Of a DNA stretch of 64,000 nucleotides, positions 10,633 to 21,899 are shown piece by piece. Every line of letters starts with the position of its first letter. The first letter of the stretch is position 1. Made by a program: the position numbers and the translations under genes. Source of the stretch: Candidatus Limnocylindrales bacterium (GTDB lineage Bacteria > Moduliflexota > Moduliflexia > Moduliflexales > JAUQPW01); the NCBI GenBank assembly GCA_035559535.1, contig DATMBG010000043.1, positions 1 through 64,000 on the forward strand. Direction: 5' to 3'. The notes under the pieces are model-generated. The model was given only the letters and a program-made list of their open reading frames with translations, was not told where the DNA came from and did not search any database.

Positions 10633-11856
10633 TCATGGCTGGTTCTCCTCCGTTATATTGGCATGGGCCATTAAGAAATCTAAAGCTTTCATTTTTAAAA
10701 GTTCTGAGCGCAGATCTTCTAAGGTTCCTTTTTCTTTTAAAGATTTCTTGAGGTTAGCCGGATGTTGGTTATGACGTGCGGCCATCTTTTTGATCTCTTC
10801 ATCTAATTCTTCCTCAGAAACTGTTATATTTTCTTGTTTAGTAATCTCCTCTAGGATAATGGAACCTCGTACCCGTCGCATAGCCTCTTCCTCAGAGACC
10901 CTGGATATCATCTGTTCATAAGCTACCAGAGAGGGAGGTACCGGAAAGGGGTGCTGGTCGATAAGGGTATCTAAAATCTTCTGTTTAATTTGCACTTCCA
11001 TCTCCTTTTGAAGCCGCTCTTCAATACCTTTTCGAACCTTCGCTTTAAGCTCCTCCAACGAATCCAGCTCTAAATCCTTGGCAAACTCATCGTCTAAAGG
11101 AAGCAGATATCCCTCCTTAACATCCTTAATTTTTATAATAAAATGAACACTTTTTCCAGCAAGTTCTGGATTGGGATGATCCTGGGGATAGAGTAGATTA
11201 AACTCCAGCTCCTCTCCCTTCTTTTTTCCCAGAAATTGCTCCTCAAAGCCCGGAACCATGGTTTCTGAACCTACTATCAGAGAATAATCTCGAACACTGC
11301 CGTTTTTAACCGGCTTATTATCTATAAAGCCATCATAATCAATGATGATCATATCATCTTTTTTGATGGTATAACCTTCCGGAGCTTCTCGAAATTGAAT
11401 ATGTTCCCTTTGAAGCACTTCCAACCCTTTTTGAACCTCTTCCTCGGTAATCGGTTTCATAACCGGTCTGGTAATTTTAATTCCCTTGTAGTTCTCCACC
11501 TTGACTTCCGGTTTGACCTCAACGGTAACTTCATATTTAAAGGGCTTGTTTTCTGCCAGGCTCAGCTTGTCTTGATCCACCTCCGGTTTAATCACAGGAG
11601 AAAGGTTATTTTCCTTCAAAGCTTCTTCATAGGAAGACTGAAGTAATTTCGCCTTAACCTCTTCTTCAATCTGTTTTCTAAACCGCATTTTCAGCAAATC
11701 TTGCGGTACACGCCCTTTTCGGAACCCGGGGATCCTTACGTCTTTTCTCAATTCATTGAGAATAGCCTGATATTGCTTGTTCACATCTTCTTCTGGAACT
11801 TCAATGAGCAATTTTTTCTTACAAGGGTCTAGGGTTTCAACGGCTACTTTCACCAC
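10633..11856 (-). CDS. tig: Trigger factor
   Basis: [10 protein letters not shown] ribosome-binding signature, FKBP domain, position upstream of clpP. Confidence 0.95.
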   Translation of the reverse strand: MVKVAVETLDPCKKKLLIEVPEEDVNKQYQAILNELRKDVRIPGFRKGRVPQDLLKMRFRKQIEEEVKAKLLQSSYEEALKENNLSPVIKPEVDQDKLSLAENKPFKYEVTVEVKPEVKVENYKGIKITRPVMKPITEEEVQKGLEVLQREHIQFREAPEGYTIKKDDMIIIDYDGFIDNKPVKNGSVRDYSLIVGSETMVPGFEEQFLGKKKGEELEFNLLYPQDHPNPELAGKSVHFIIKIKDVKEGYLLPLDDEFAKDLELDSLEELKAKVRKGIEERLQKEMEVQIKQKILDTLIDQHPFPVPPSLVAYEQMISRVSEEEAMRRVRGSIILEEITKQENITVSEEELDEEIKKMAARHNQHPANLKKSLKEKGTLEDLRSELLKMKALDFLMAHANITEENQP

Positions 11857-11982
11857 GGATTGTTTGTCCAGTGTCTGTAGTCTATAGTCTGTAGTAGAAT
11901 TAACAACCCCTTCTTCAGATAGTTTATGGCCTGATCCAACCCTACTATAAACTATAGACCACAGACGATAAACTCATAGGGA

Positions 11983-12064
11983 TGCGAGAGGTGGGATTTG
12001 AACCCACACGGTTTTACCCACAGGATCCTAAGTCCTGCGTGTCTGCCAGTTCCACCACTCTCGC
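11983..12064 (-). tRNA. tRNA-Leu(TAG)
   Basis: Cloverleaf with long variable arm; anticodon arm CAGGA-CTTAGGA-TCCTG; T loop GTTCAAATC. Confidence 0.95.
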
Positions 12065-12084
12065 AAAAATAAATCTTCTCTGAA

Positions 12085-12158
<74 letters not shown>

Positions 12159-12451
12159 ATAACATTTTCCCAATGCAGGAATAAATCTGGATTTTGGCTT
12201 GCTGGCATAAACACCGTATAATAAAATAATCTCCGAAGGAAGAATAAGTCAAATATTTTTCTCATGGTTTCGCCTTCCGCTCCCCCTCTTCTCAAACATC
12301 ATAGACCCCCCAGGTACCGTTACAAGAAATTCATTACAGATCTGGATTAAATGGTTAAGTTTTTAACACAATTTTCCCCCATCGTCAATGAAAAAATCCT
12401 TGACAAATCTTCCCGTTGACCAGAATTTATTCCTTAGTAATATAGAACCAT

Positions 12452-12525
12452 GGTGGTCGTGGTGTAAAGGTTAACACTCCAGGTTGTGGCCCTGGCGAGT
12501 GCGGGTTCGAGTCCCGCCGATCACC
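12452..12525 (+). tRNA. tRNA-His(GTG)
   Basis: Encoded G-1, anticodon arm CCAGG-TTGTGGC-CCTGG, C73 discriminator. Confidence 0.95.
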
Positions 12526-12533
12526 TTTCCAGG

Positions 12534-12572
12534 AAAAGTCATCTCCAGATGTGGAGATGGCTTTTTGGTTTT
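12534..12572. terminator. Probable bidirectional intrinsic terminator
   Basis: aaaagtcatctcca-gatg-tggagatggctttt hairpin flanked by A and T tracts, between tRNA-His and a convergent gene. Confidence 0.7.
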
Positions 12573-12619
12573 TAAGATAGCCCTCCAGGTTTCAGGAAAC
12601 GATAAACTTTGGATGGGAT

Positions 12620-13348
12620 TTATAGGTTATTTTTTATTGTCAGAGGGAGGCTCACGATTCCAAAAATTTCCCCGGTTTTGGCATCCATTAACTTGACGTT
12701 AAAGCTTACCCGAGGTACCTTCTTATCTATTTTCTGAAAGTAAAGGAAGCCGGATAGTTGATGATTGTTCTCAAGTACGCCTTCCCGAAGGGCTTTCTCA
12801 TACATATCCGTCGTAGGCAGAGGCGTCCACCATATCCCATAATAACGGGCATAGTACCAGGGATCCGCCGTAAAGTTACCTTCCCAGGGAGGGGGGTAGG
12901 ATTCTCCATACGGGATCGCATCGGGATTCAGTGGGTTAATGGAAGGACCTATCACGACATTACCCTTAATTTCCTGCGGAGAGAGGGCCTGAACATAAAG
13001 ACCTGATGAATTGGCCAGTATGAAATTGTTATAACGGATAAGGAGGGATTTACCACTCTGGTTTTCAAGGGTCGTTTGAAGGGGTGTTAAATATTCTGCC
13101 AGGTTGGGGGGCTCCCCCGACCAGGTATTTCCTCTAACCGTTATACGAACTCCGGCAACCTCGGCAATAGAACCCCCTTCTTCCTCTATGACTTTATTTG
13201 TCTTTGAACCGGGTTCCAGGCCTTTATCATAAGCACAACTTGCTCCAAAGGAAAGTAAGCTGAATATCAGGGCGAAGAGATAGAAATTTCTCCCATTCCT
13301 CCAAACAGATAACCTTGCAATTATTTTACTTCCCGAACCGTTTCTCAT
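12620..13348 (-). CDS. Hypothetical lipoprotein
   Basis: Hydrophobic stretch ending FGASC (lipobox-like); Pro/Tyr/Trp-rich insert; SGFLYF motif. Confidence 0.6.
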   Translation of the reverse strand: MRNGSGSKIIARLSVWRNGRNFYLFALIFSLLSFGASCAYDKGLEPGSKTNKVIEEEGGSIAEVAGVRITVRGNTWSGEPPNLAEYLTPLQTTLENQSGKSLLIRYNNFILANSSGLYVQALSPQEIKGNVVIGPSINPLNPDAIPYGESYPPPWEGNFTADPWYYARYYGIWWTPLPTTDMYEKALREGVLENNHQLSGFLYFQKIDKKVPRVSFNVKLMDAKTGEIFGIVSLPLTIKNNL

Positions 13349-13668
13349 AAGTGTTCCTGGCCGAAGGGTGTAACGCCTGGATCGGTGGTTAGTAAAAAGA
13401 AAAGTTTTTAAACTAAGGGAAGCAACGGTTAGGTATTTTTAAAAAGATTATACCCCTGACTCCTTATCCCTCTCCTAGCCGGTGGAGACTCCTAAGCCGG
13501 ATGAAGGGTAAGGGTCTTTAATATAATTTAGCATGTATTTTGCTATTTGGGTAGATTATTAATCTGATCTCTCCCCTTCCTGCACAGGGAAGGGGAGTCG
13601 GAGGAGCTGGCTACAAAAAAGATACCCTTGAAAGCCTTCCTGTCCTCCCCAATGGAGAGGCCTTATGC

Positions 13669-14100
13669 TTATATATTTATCAGCGCAAGACCTGTCTCCT
13701 CATCGTATTTACGTTGTAGATATGCCGGTGATTCAACGATCATAACCTCAAGGGTAGGCCACACCCTGGCCTCCAGAATATGACCTCCATGGGCTGTACC
13801 ATCGGACTTCCCAACCACCCCGTGGGCGTGAATCTTGGGTTCACCATCCTTAAGGGAAATATCTCCTATCAAGGAAAGCACCTCGACCTGTTCCCGGATG
13901 GGAATCTTTTTGTATTCTTTACTTTCCCGGCTGAAATAGCCTAAAATGGCTTCACTGAACGCACCGATAGCCGTGAAATGGCTTGCTTTCAGCTTCTGAC
14001 TCCTGGCAAAGTTTAGCAAGCCGGACATAAGCTCATCCCCCTTATCAAATATAACGGCAAAGGTTCTTTCATCCTGATCGTGGAGAAGTTTTGTCTTCAT
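13669..14100 (-). CDS. PPC/DUF296 domain protein
   Basis: EVLSLIGDI, HAH, GGH, PTLEV; RBS GGAGG. Confidence 0.9.
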   Translation of the reverse strand: MKTKLLHDQDERTFAVIFDKGDELMSGLLNFARSQKLKASHFTAIGAFSEAILGYFSRESKEYKKIPIREQVEVLSLIGDISLKDGEPKIHAHGVVGKSDGTAHGGHILEARVWPTLEVMIVESPAYLQRKYDEETGLALINI

Positions 14101-14243
14101 AGGTACCTCCTTTTTTATTTTTCTAATACTAGTTTCAAAATGAACATCTTCCTCTTTAAATGAACTCTCTCACTTTATCCTACAATACCGTAAAGGCAAT
14201 CTTTCCCCGGTTAGGAGTACCTCGAACCAGCGATTCAGCAAAC

Positions 14244-14371
14244 TTAGCGGCCTACTCCTTGGCGTAAAGCCTCCATAATTCCGTTGATTCCGTCACCGGG
14301 CGGACCAAAGATAACTTCAACCCCCAGTCGTAAAGGGTATCTATCAATATATCTGCTGCAGTGTTTGACAT
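14244..14371 (-). pseudogene. 5' remnant of a TPP-dependent pyruvate oxidase-like gene
   Basis: MSNTAADILIDTLYDWG then, after one missing G in the run at 14321-14325, VEVIFGPPGDGINGIMEALRQ; strong RBS; truncated. Confidence 0.8.
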
Positions 14372-14621
14372 GATTTATTCCTCCCTCTTAAATTTAAATG
14401 GGATAACTCCGTTATGGGTTAGAGCCTCTTTTGAAGGATTCTGTAAATGGCTCTTTGAAACCTCTGAGTTTGAATTTACATTTTTTTCATATTATATCAA
14501 ATTTTTTGATAAATCAGGTATTTTGTGAGGAACTGGGAAATGGGAAAAGTCTCCTTCCGCTTCAAAATTCTCTTTACATTAGGAAGGTTTTATCCTAAGA
14601 AAGGATAAAAAGGAGAGACCC

Positions 14622-15362
14622 ATGGAGAGACTTGAAAACAAGATTGCCCTCGTTACGGGAGCAAGTAGGGGGATAGGAAAGGCCACAGCCCTGGCCTTGG
14701 GTTGTGAAGGAGCCCATGTGGTTGCCACCGCCCGTACCCTGGAAGCCCTGGAGGCCGTTGCAGATCAACTCAGGCAAATGGGACGGGAAGCCCTGGCGGT
14801 GGTGGCGGATCTGGGTGTTGAAAGGGACATTCACCATCTGGTTGAGGAGGCTCTCAGGAGATTCGGGCGTATTGATATCCTGGTTAACAATGCAGCCATT
14901 ATTCATCCTCCCATCGATCTGGTAAACTTTGATAGCGATTTGTGGCGGAAAGTAATAGACGTAAACCTGACCGGGCCGGCTCTTCTCATCAAGGCCGTGT
15001 TACCGGGCATGATGAGAAATCGATTCGGCAAGATCATCAACATTTCCAGTATCGGGGGGCGAAGGGGTGGTAAAGGTCGTAGTGCCTATCGGGTAACAAA
15101 GGCCGGGTTGATTAGCCTGACCGAAAGTGTAGCCGCCGAAGTTAAACCATATGGAATCGATGTCAACTGTATCTGTCCGGGCGGTGTGGATACCGAAGGT
15201 TATCGGGAAGCCTTTGGGAGCAAAGGCCGGGAAGAAAACCCAAAATTGATGCGGCCTGAAGAGATCGCAGAGTTAGTGATCTTCCTGGCATCCGATGCCA
15301 GCTCGGCTATTACTGGTACGGCCATTGATGCATTCGGCGGGACGAATCCCCTGTTCGGGTAA
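14622..15362 (+). CDS. SDR family oxidoreductase
   Basis: TGASRGIG, NNAA, YRVTK (YxxxK). Confidence 0.92.
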   Translation: MERLENKIALVTGASRGIGKATALALGCEGAHVVATARTLEALEAVADQLRQMGREALAVVADLGVERDIHHLVEEALRRFGRIDILVNNAAIIHPPIDLVNFDSDLWRKVIDVNLTGPALLIKAVLPGMMRNRFGKIINISSIGGRRGGKGRSAYRVTKAGLISLTESVAAEVKPYGIDVNCICPGGVDTEGYREAFGSKGREENPKLMRPEEIAELVIFLASDASSAITGTAIDAFGGTNPLFG

Positions 15363-15545
15363 AGGCCAAAGGGTTCAGATTAAGGTAAGACGAAGCGCTA
15401 CTCCCGGCTCGGAAATTGAAGTAGAGGAAGAGGTTGAAAGGATCTTCTGGAGAAGAAGGAAAGCTGCTCCTGGAAAGTTTGGTTAAATTTAATGGGAGGT
15501 GCAACGAGGCCGAAGAAGATTTATTTTTTCTTTTAGGTAGGCTAT

Positions 15546-17612
15546 ATGGATAATATGGAACATCCTTTTTATTCCATCTATTCCCATGGATTCATTCGGG
15601 CAGCGGTTTGTATCCCCTTTGTCCGGGTAGCAGATCCCGAGTTTAATCTGGAGCGCACGCTGGGTCTTGCCCGCCGTGCTTCTGAGCTCCGTGCCGCAGT
15701 TGCGCTCTTCCCGGAGCTTGGACTTTCTGCTTACTCCAATGAAGACCTGTTTCACCAGGATGCCCTTCTTAAGGCAACCGAAGCGGCTCTGGTTCATTTT
15801 ATAGAGGAAAGTCGAGAACTCACCCCTGTTCTGGTAGTGGGAGCTCCCCTTCGGTTTGAGGGAAAACTGTTCAATTGTGGGATTGTGATTTATCGGGGAC
15901 GGATCCTCGGGATCGTACCCAAGGTCTACCTGCCGAATTACCGGGAGTTTTACGAAAAACGACAGTTTACTTCCGGGCGTAAGGCCGTGAGCCGGGAGGT
16001 ACTTTTCCTGGGTGAATCCCTTCCCTTTGGGGACGATTTAGTATTCGATGCTGTTAACGTGGAAGGTTTTTCCTTACACGTGGAGATTTGTGAAGATGTA
16101 TGGACGCCGATTCCTCCCAGCACCTATGCGGCCCTTGCCGGAGCCACCGTGCTGGTAAATTTATCCGCGAGTAATATTACGGTCGGCAAGGCCGAGTACC
16201 GCCGTAATTTATGTGCTTCGCAATCGGCCAGATGCATTGCAGCTTATTTATATTCTGCTGCGGGACCTGGAGAATCGACCACCGATCTGGCCTGGGATGG
16301 ACATGCCTTGATCTATGAAAATAACGATCTTCTGGCTGAATCTAAGAGATTCTCAGATGAAGAGCAGATCATCCTTGCAGATATAGATCTGGAACGTTTG
16401 ATCCAGGACCGGATGCGAATGACGAGTTTCAACGATACTGTTGGGGATCATCTGGAGCGGGTACGGACTATTCGCCACATCAGATTTGAGTTCCAGGTGC
16501 CCGAAGGTGCCAGCGAGTTGATGCGAAGGGTGGAACGTTTCCCCTATGTACCCAGTGATCCACAGGTACGCGACGAACGCTGCTTTGAGGTCTACAATAT
16601 TCAGGTCCATGGCCTCATGAAGCGTCTAACCAGCGCAGGAATCGAAAAAATTGTGATTGGTGTGTCCGGCGGGCTGGACTCCACGCATGCCCTGATTGTT
16701 GCAGCCAAGACCATGGATCGATTGGGGCTGCCTCGGAAAAATATCCTGGGTTATACCATGCCCGGGTTTGCCACTAGCCATATCACCCGGACCAATGCCC
16801 ATCGACTCATGGATGCATTGGGAGTCACCGCAGGAGAGATAGATATTCGTCCGTCGGCCATGCAGATGTTCCGTGACATTGGTCATCCCTTTGCAGAAGG
16901 GAAGCCGGTTTATGATATCACCTTCGAGAATGTCCAGGCCGGAGAGCGGACCTCCCATCTTTTTCGCCTGGCGAATTTACATAAGGCCCTTGTGGTCGGC
17001 ACAGGGGATTTAAGCGAGCTGGCACTGGGATGGATGACATATGGGGTTGGGGATCACATGTCTCATTATAATGTGAACAGTTCGGTACCTAAAACCTTAA
17101 TCCAGCATGTAATTCGCTGGGTTATTACTTCAGGGCAGTTTGATCCACAGACCGGTAACATCTTGCAATCGATCCTGGACACGGAAATCTCACCTGAATT
17201 GATTCCGGCCAAGGAAGGTCCCTCGGATCGGCCGGCTCAAAGTACCCAGGAGGTCATCGGACCCTATGAGTTGCAAGATTTTAACACCTATTACATCACC
17301 CGCTTTGGTTTCCGACCCAGCAAGGTGGCGTTCCTCGGTTATCATGCCTGGGGAGATAAAACTCGAGGTATCTGGCCGGATTTGATCCCACCCGAGAAAC
17401 GCACCCAATACGATTTACCAACTATCAAGAAGTGGTTGGAAGTTTTCCTTTACCGCTTCTTTAAAATCAGTCAATTCAAGCGCACGGCCATTCCCAACGG
17501 TCCAAAGGTCGGTTCCGGTGGATCACTCTCCCCACGGGGTGATTGGCGGGCACCCAGTGATTCTGAAGCGACAGTCTGGCTGGAGGAATTACGTCGTAAC
17601 GTACCGGGGTAG
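15546..17612 (+). CDS. nadE: Glutamine-dependent NAD+ synthetase
   Basis: N-terminal nitrilase domain (FPEL, PK, EICED) plus SGGLDST synthetase domain. Confidence 0.96.
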   Translation: MDNMEHPFYSIYSHGFIRAAVCIPFVRVADPEFNLERTLGLARRASELRAAVALFPELGLSAYSNEDLFHQDALLKATEAALVHFIEESRELTPVLVVGAPLRFEGKLFNCGIVIYRGRILGIVPKVYLPNYREFYEKRQFTSGRKAVSREVLFLGESLPFGDDLVFDAVNVEGFSLHVEICEDVWTPIPPSTYAALAGATVLVNLSASNITVGKAEYRRNLCASQSARCIAAYLYSAAGPGESTTDLAWDGHALIYENNDLLAESKRFSDEEQIILADIDLERLIQDRMRMTSFNDTVGDHLERVRTIRHIRFEFQVPEGASELMRRVERFPYVPSDPQVRDERCFEVYNIQVHGLMKRLTSAGIEKIVIGVSGGLDSTHALIVAAKTMDRLGLPRKNILGYTMPGFATSHITRTNAHRLMDALGVTAGEIDIRPSAMQMFRDIGHPFAEGKPVYDITFENVQAGERTSHLFRLANLHKALVVGTGDLSELALGWMTYGVGDHMSHYNVNSSVPKTLIQHVIRWVITSGQFDPQTGNILQSILDTEISPELIPAKEGPSDRPAQSTQEVIGPYELQDFNTYYITRFGFRPSKVAFLGYHAWGDKTRGIWPDLIPPEKRTQYDLPTIKKWLEVFLYRFFKISQFKRTAIPNGPKVGSGGSLSPRGDWRAPSDSEATVWLEELRRNVPG

Positions 17613-17619
17613 AGGGTCT

Positions 17620-17970
17620 ATGAAGACCCAAATGTATACCCCCAGGTTATTCACCAAAGGTTACCGATTTCGTGGTAAAGTGGTCTGTTCAGACTCATGG
17701 CCGGTTTTTCCTCTCGTATCTGACCCCTGGTCTGTTGGTGCTGGATTGTGGATATGGCCCTGGCTCCATCACTTTGAGCATGGCCCCCCTTGTCGCGCCG
17801 GGTAAAATCGTCGGGATCGATTTCGCATTCTCATAGATCGAGCCAGCAACTTCCGGTGCCGCCGACGCCGGAATCCATAATGCTGAGTTCCTCATGGCAG
17901 ACTGTTGTTCTCTGCCCTTTGATGATGGGAGCTTCGATCGCGTCTTCAGCCACGCCCTCCTGGAGCACCC
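17620..17970 (+). pseudogene. Degraded class I SAM-dependent methyltransferase
   Basis: VLDCGYGPGSIT, IVGID, LPFDDGSFDRVFSHALLEH; +1 frameshift in a C run near 17640, in-frame TAG at 17834, C-terminus lost. Confidence 0.85.
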
Positions 17971-18364
17971 GATAATCTACTTAAAAGCCAAGCAAAACGA
18001 GGTAAAGAAAGTACTACCCTCCCTTTAAAAAAGGCTATGATTATTTCCGCTTTTGTTATCTTAATCTAAATGGCACTGACTTAAGGAACCTTCCACACCA
18101 GAGGGAGCTTACAACAGGGCACTCCCCGGATTCCTTCCTTGAAGGAATAGGGAAATGTCAGGAGCAAGAAGGTGCCTGAATCAACGGTATCGGTGCAGAA
18201 CCTGGGAATGAGGAGAACAAACCCTTAAGTCAAGGCCTCTCATCTTGATCTTTAAACGGACAAACCCATGCATAGACGGGAGGGTGTTGTCAAGAAAAAA
18301 CTCTTCACCATTAAGTATCTGGCTTGATTTATGAAAAACTCAGTCTGCTATTTAAAGTATCGGT

Positions 18365-19522
18365 TTATAAAGATTGGGCTTCAGGGTCTGTATCTTTTTT
18401 CTCTTTAAGATAGACGGTCCGGGTAGGAAAAGGAATTTCAATCCCTTCTTCTTTATATCGTCTATGCAATCTCTTGATAAATTCATGTTTAACCGGAAAT
18501 TGGCTGGAGAATTCATTAACCAGCATTCTTACGGTGAAAAGAATCCCGGAATCCCCAAAGGTGTGATATCGGATAAGGGGTTCAAAATCGAGAACACCTC
18601 CGGCAACTTCTTTTACGGTTTCTTTCGCAACTTCAAGGGTTACTTTTTCGACCTTTTCAAGATCACTGTTGTAGCTCACTCCAACCTGCACGGGTACCCA
18701 GATCTTTTTCTCGGGAAGGTTATAATTTGTAATGATAGCCGAGGCAAATTTACTATTGGGAATAATAATGATGTTATTGGCGGGAAGAGGGGTAATAACG
18801 GTATTTCGCCAGTTCACATCGGTTACATAACCCTCATCACCGGTGTCCAGTTTTACATAATCCCCCGGTCTTACCTGTTTAGAAGCAATGATATGGAAAC
18901 CTGCAAAAAGATTAGATAAGGTATCTTGAAGGGCAAGTGCAACGGCCAGACCACCAATCCCCAGGGCAGTTACTAAAGGGGTTATGGAAATGCCCAAGTT
19001 TTGAAGAATAATAAATACCCCGATAAGAATAATCAGTAACCTTACCACGTTGGCAAAGAGCGTGACACTAACAAAAAGGGATGTGGCCGGCAATCCACTT
19101 TCGGCTCTCTGGGAGAGAGAAGCTAAATACTTAGAATATTGGACTACCGGAGAGGAGGGAGGAGCCTCTCTACCTTCTGTCCTTTTGGCAAGCAAGCTGA
19201 GCAGACCTACCGCGATCCTGGATAAGAATATGGTTATTGAGAGGATGACCACCGCAACCAACACATCCTGGATAAATTTATGCACCTGAGGCCGCACGGA
19301 AATACTCAGAATAGCACCATAAATACCTGCACAGGTAAACCAGAGTATGGGCATACGGTGAAGTGAGGTCAGGACAATATCAACCAACTGCCAGCTTGTG
19401 TAGACGGTTACTTTTTTGAGAGTTTTGAGAACTATGACTTCAAAGAATATCCCCAGGAGAAGTCCTCCCAAAATAAAAATTATAGGTAAAATCCAATTGG
19501 TGATGTTAAGAGCTTCCATCAT
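18365..19522 (-). CDS. Small-conductance mechanosensitive channel (MscS family)
   Basis: GIGGLAVALALQDTLSNLFAG, IPNS, GIEIPFP. Confidence 0.93.
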   Translation of the reverse strand: MMEALNITNWILPIIFILGGLLLGIFFEVIVLKTLKKVTVYTSWQLVDIVLTSLHRMPILWFTCAGIYGAILSISVRPQVHKFIQDVLVAVVILSITIFLSRIAVGLLSLLAKRTEGREAPPSSPVVQYSKYLASLSQRAESGLPATSLFVSVTLFANVVRLLIILIGVFIILQNLGISITPLVTALGIGGLAVALALQDTLSNLFAGFHIIASKQVRPGDYVKLDTGDEGYVTDVNWRNTVITPLPANNIIIIPNSKFASAIITNYNLPEKKIWVPVQVGVSYNSDLEKVEKVTLEVAKETVKEVAGGVLDFEPLIRYHTFGDSGILFTVRMLVNEFSSQFPVKHEFIKRLHRRYKEEGIEIPFPTRTVYLKEKKDTDPEAQSL

Positions 19523-19880
19523 GGTTATATATTTTTAAGCAAATTTACACATCCTGTCGGGATGTGTACTTGGGTTACCATGGGCTCTCCTCAATATTTC
19601 TATAAACGAAATTAAAAGGAGAGCTTGCTTCTGGAGAATAAAAAGACACCTCCCGTGTAAAACTAAAATTTTTAAACTTTTACATCTCGAAGGTCCCTAT
19701 AAAATTAGGAGCTACTTTGACTTCTAGCAGAAGTCCAGGAAGTGGTCAAGGAAATAAATGAAAAGCAGTTGTGACGACAATTTTAGGTTGACCTTTTCCT
19801 CTATCCACTGTAAAGTGGTTTTATGTTGTGGTTCGAGGGATGGGTTATTTTTTCAGGCATCTTTCAGGGAGGTTCTAAGC

Positions 19881-20687
19881 ATGGGAGAACGATTGAAGGC
19901 AAAAGTAGCCATTGTAACCGGTGCGGGGTCTGTTGGGCCAGGATGGGGTAATGGAAAAGCCACAGCGGTTCTATTTGCCCGTGAAGGGGCGAAAGTAGTT
20001 GCCGTAGATATTAACCCGGCAGCGGCGGAGGAGACCAGGGACATTATTGTCCGAGAAGGGGGAGAATGTATCGTACAGGCAGGAGATGTCTCTAAAGCCG
20101 GAGATGTCCAGACGATCGTTGAGCGCTGCATGGAAAGTTATGGACATATCGATATTCTCCACAATAACGTGGGAATCGTAGAGGTAGGTGGGCCGGTTGA
20201 GACCAGCGAGGAAAGCTGGGATCGTGTCAATGCAATAAATCTTAAGAGTGTCTTTCTCACCTGTAAATATGTGCTTCCTTATATGGAGCGGCAGGGAAGT
20301 GGGGCCATTATTAATATCGCCTCCGTTGCTGGTATCCGCTGGCTGGGGGTTCCCTATATTTCTTATAGTGCCACAAAGGCAGGGGTTATTCAGCTAACCC
20401 AGGCTATAGCAGCCCAATATGCTTCTAAAAACATTCGCTGTAATTGTATATTACCCGGCTTCATCAATACCCCCATGATCCATAAAAGTTTAGCCCATGT
20501 CTATGCTCAAGGGGATATTCAGAAAATGATGGAAATTCGGAGTCGCCAATGCCCCATGGGAAGAATGGGGGATGCCTGGGACGTTGCCTACGCTGCCCTG
20601 TTTCTTGCTTCCGATGAAGCTAAGTACATTACGGGTATTCAACTTATTGTCGATGGGGGACTGTCCTGTACCTCGGTATCACCTTAA
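19881..20687 (+). CDS. SDR family oxidoreductase
   Basis: TGAGSVGPGWGNG, NNVG, YSATK; RBS GGGAGG before ATG 19881. Confidence 0.92.
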   Translation: MGERLKAKVAIVTGAGSVGPGWGNGKATAVLFAREGAKVVAVDINPAAAEETRDIIVREGGECIVQAGDVSKAGDVQTIVERCMESYGHIDILHNNVGIVEVGGPVETSEESWDRVNAINLKSVFLTCKYVLPYMERQGSGAIINIASVAGIRWLGVPYISYSATKAGVIQLTQAIAAQYASKNIRCNCILPGFINTPMIHKSLAHVYAQGDIQKMMEIRSRQCPMGRMGDAWDVAYAALFLASDEAKYITGIQLIVDGGLSCTSVSP

Positions 20688-20749
20688 CAGGGTCAGCGTC
20701 TTCACCAAAGGCTCAAACCAGCCGACAGGGAAGTGGTCTTCCCTGTATC

Positions 20750-21016
20750 TCATAAAGTACCGGCCAGTTTAGCAACAGCAGCCGAAGCGCCCTGTTCAAT
20801 GGGTTCACCGTGGCCGAAAACGGCCTTTTCAAACTTCAGTGCTGCCAGCTTCTTAATACTCTCATTGGCTTGGGCCATGTTTGTGGTATACTGGGGATTC
20901 GAACCACTCAGTTTGTTGTTGATATTGGTCATTGCATCACCTACGATGAGGAGCAGGCCAACGGGGTCGAATACAGAGATATGGCCGGGTGTATGACCGG
21001 GGGTAGCACCGAATAA
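20750..21016 (-). pseudogene. C-terminal remnant of an MBL-fold metallo-hydrolase
   Basis: TPGHTPGHISVFD..LIVGDA..FGHGEP; in-frame TAG upstream; N-terminal HxHxDH half absent. Confidence 0.8.
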
Positions 21017-21069
21017 GGGCTATTTTCTTAGATATAAATTTTCAGATAAATGTTCCAAACCTTTCAGAA

Positions 21070-21143
21070 TGCGCCTGGAGGGACTCGAACCCCCAACCCT
21101 CTGCTTAGAAGGCAGATGCTCTGTCCGGCTGAGCTACAGGCGC
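21070..21143 (-). tRNA. tRNA-Arg(TCT)
   Basis: Anticodon arm TCTGC-CTTCTAA-GCAGA; T loop GTTCGAGTC. Confidence 0.95.
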
Positions 21144-21150
21144 ACATAAA

Positions 21151-21226
21151 TCGGGGCGCCCGGATTTGAACCGGGGACCTCGTGCTCCCAAGGCACGCGC
21201 GCTAAACCAAACTGCGCTACGCCCCG
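21151..21226 (-). tRNA. tRNA-Pro(TGG)
   Basis: CGGGGCG acceptor stem; anticodon arm CGTGC-CTTGGGA-GCACG. Confidence 0.95.
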
Positions 21227-21296
21227 TATTGGATCAAACTGCTCTACAATATAGGATAAATTTTGTATAAAAGTCAAGTCTGATTTTGGGATTAAA

Positions 21297-21899
21297 TCAG
21301 AAGGTACTTTGCAAAGAGGATAAAATCTCCCGGATCTTCTTTAAAGCCCTGGCCCGATGGCTAATCTTATTTTTAATCTCCGGCTCCAGCTCGGCCATGG
21401 TTTTTTGATAGCCTTCTACGATAAAAATGGGATCATAGCCAAATCCACCGTCTCCCTGCTCTTTAAATCCAATACTCCCTTCACAGATTCCTTCCGCCGT
21501 TTTAACCTGACCTTCAGGAGTGGCAACGGCAACTACACAGACAAATCGAGCCGATCGATCGGAAACTCCTTTGAGAGACTCGAGGATAAGACGATTCTTT
21601 TCTGATTGAGGAAGGGATTTTCCACCGAATCTGGCTGAAAATAAGCCGGGAGCACCTCCCAAAGCCTTAACTTCCAGTCCGGAATCATCCGCCAAAGCCA
21701 TAAGGCCTGTAAGTCTGGCAGCAGCTATCGCTTTTTTAGAGGCATTTTCTGCATAGGTTTGACCGTCTTCTTCCACCTCAAAGTCAGGGTAAAGCTCGGA
21801 GATGGGGATAACAACATAGTTTAACCCTTTCAAAATTTCCCGGATTTCCCGAATCTTGCCAGGATTTTGGGTAGCAACGACCAGCTTTAAAAAGTCCAT
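21297..21899 (-). CDS. rdgB: Non-canonical purine NTP pyrophosphatase (Ham1 family)
   Basis: ATQNPGK, ADDSGL, GFGYDPIF, KNKISHR. Confidence 0.95.
   Translation of the reverse strand: MDFLKLVVATQNPGKIREIREILKGLNYVVIPISELYPDFEVEEDGQTYAENASKKAIAAARLTGLMALADDSGLEVKALGGAPGLFSARFGGKSLPQSEKNRLILESLKGVSDRSARFVCVVAVATPEGQVKTAEGICEGSIGFKEQGDGGFGYDPIFIVEGYQKTMAELEPEIKNKISHRARALKKIREILSSLQSTF

Noticed and set aside
17834-17836. Pyrrolysine at the in-frame TAG in the methyltransferase
   Set aside because: The gene also has a frameshift and a truncation, so decay is the simpler explanation
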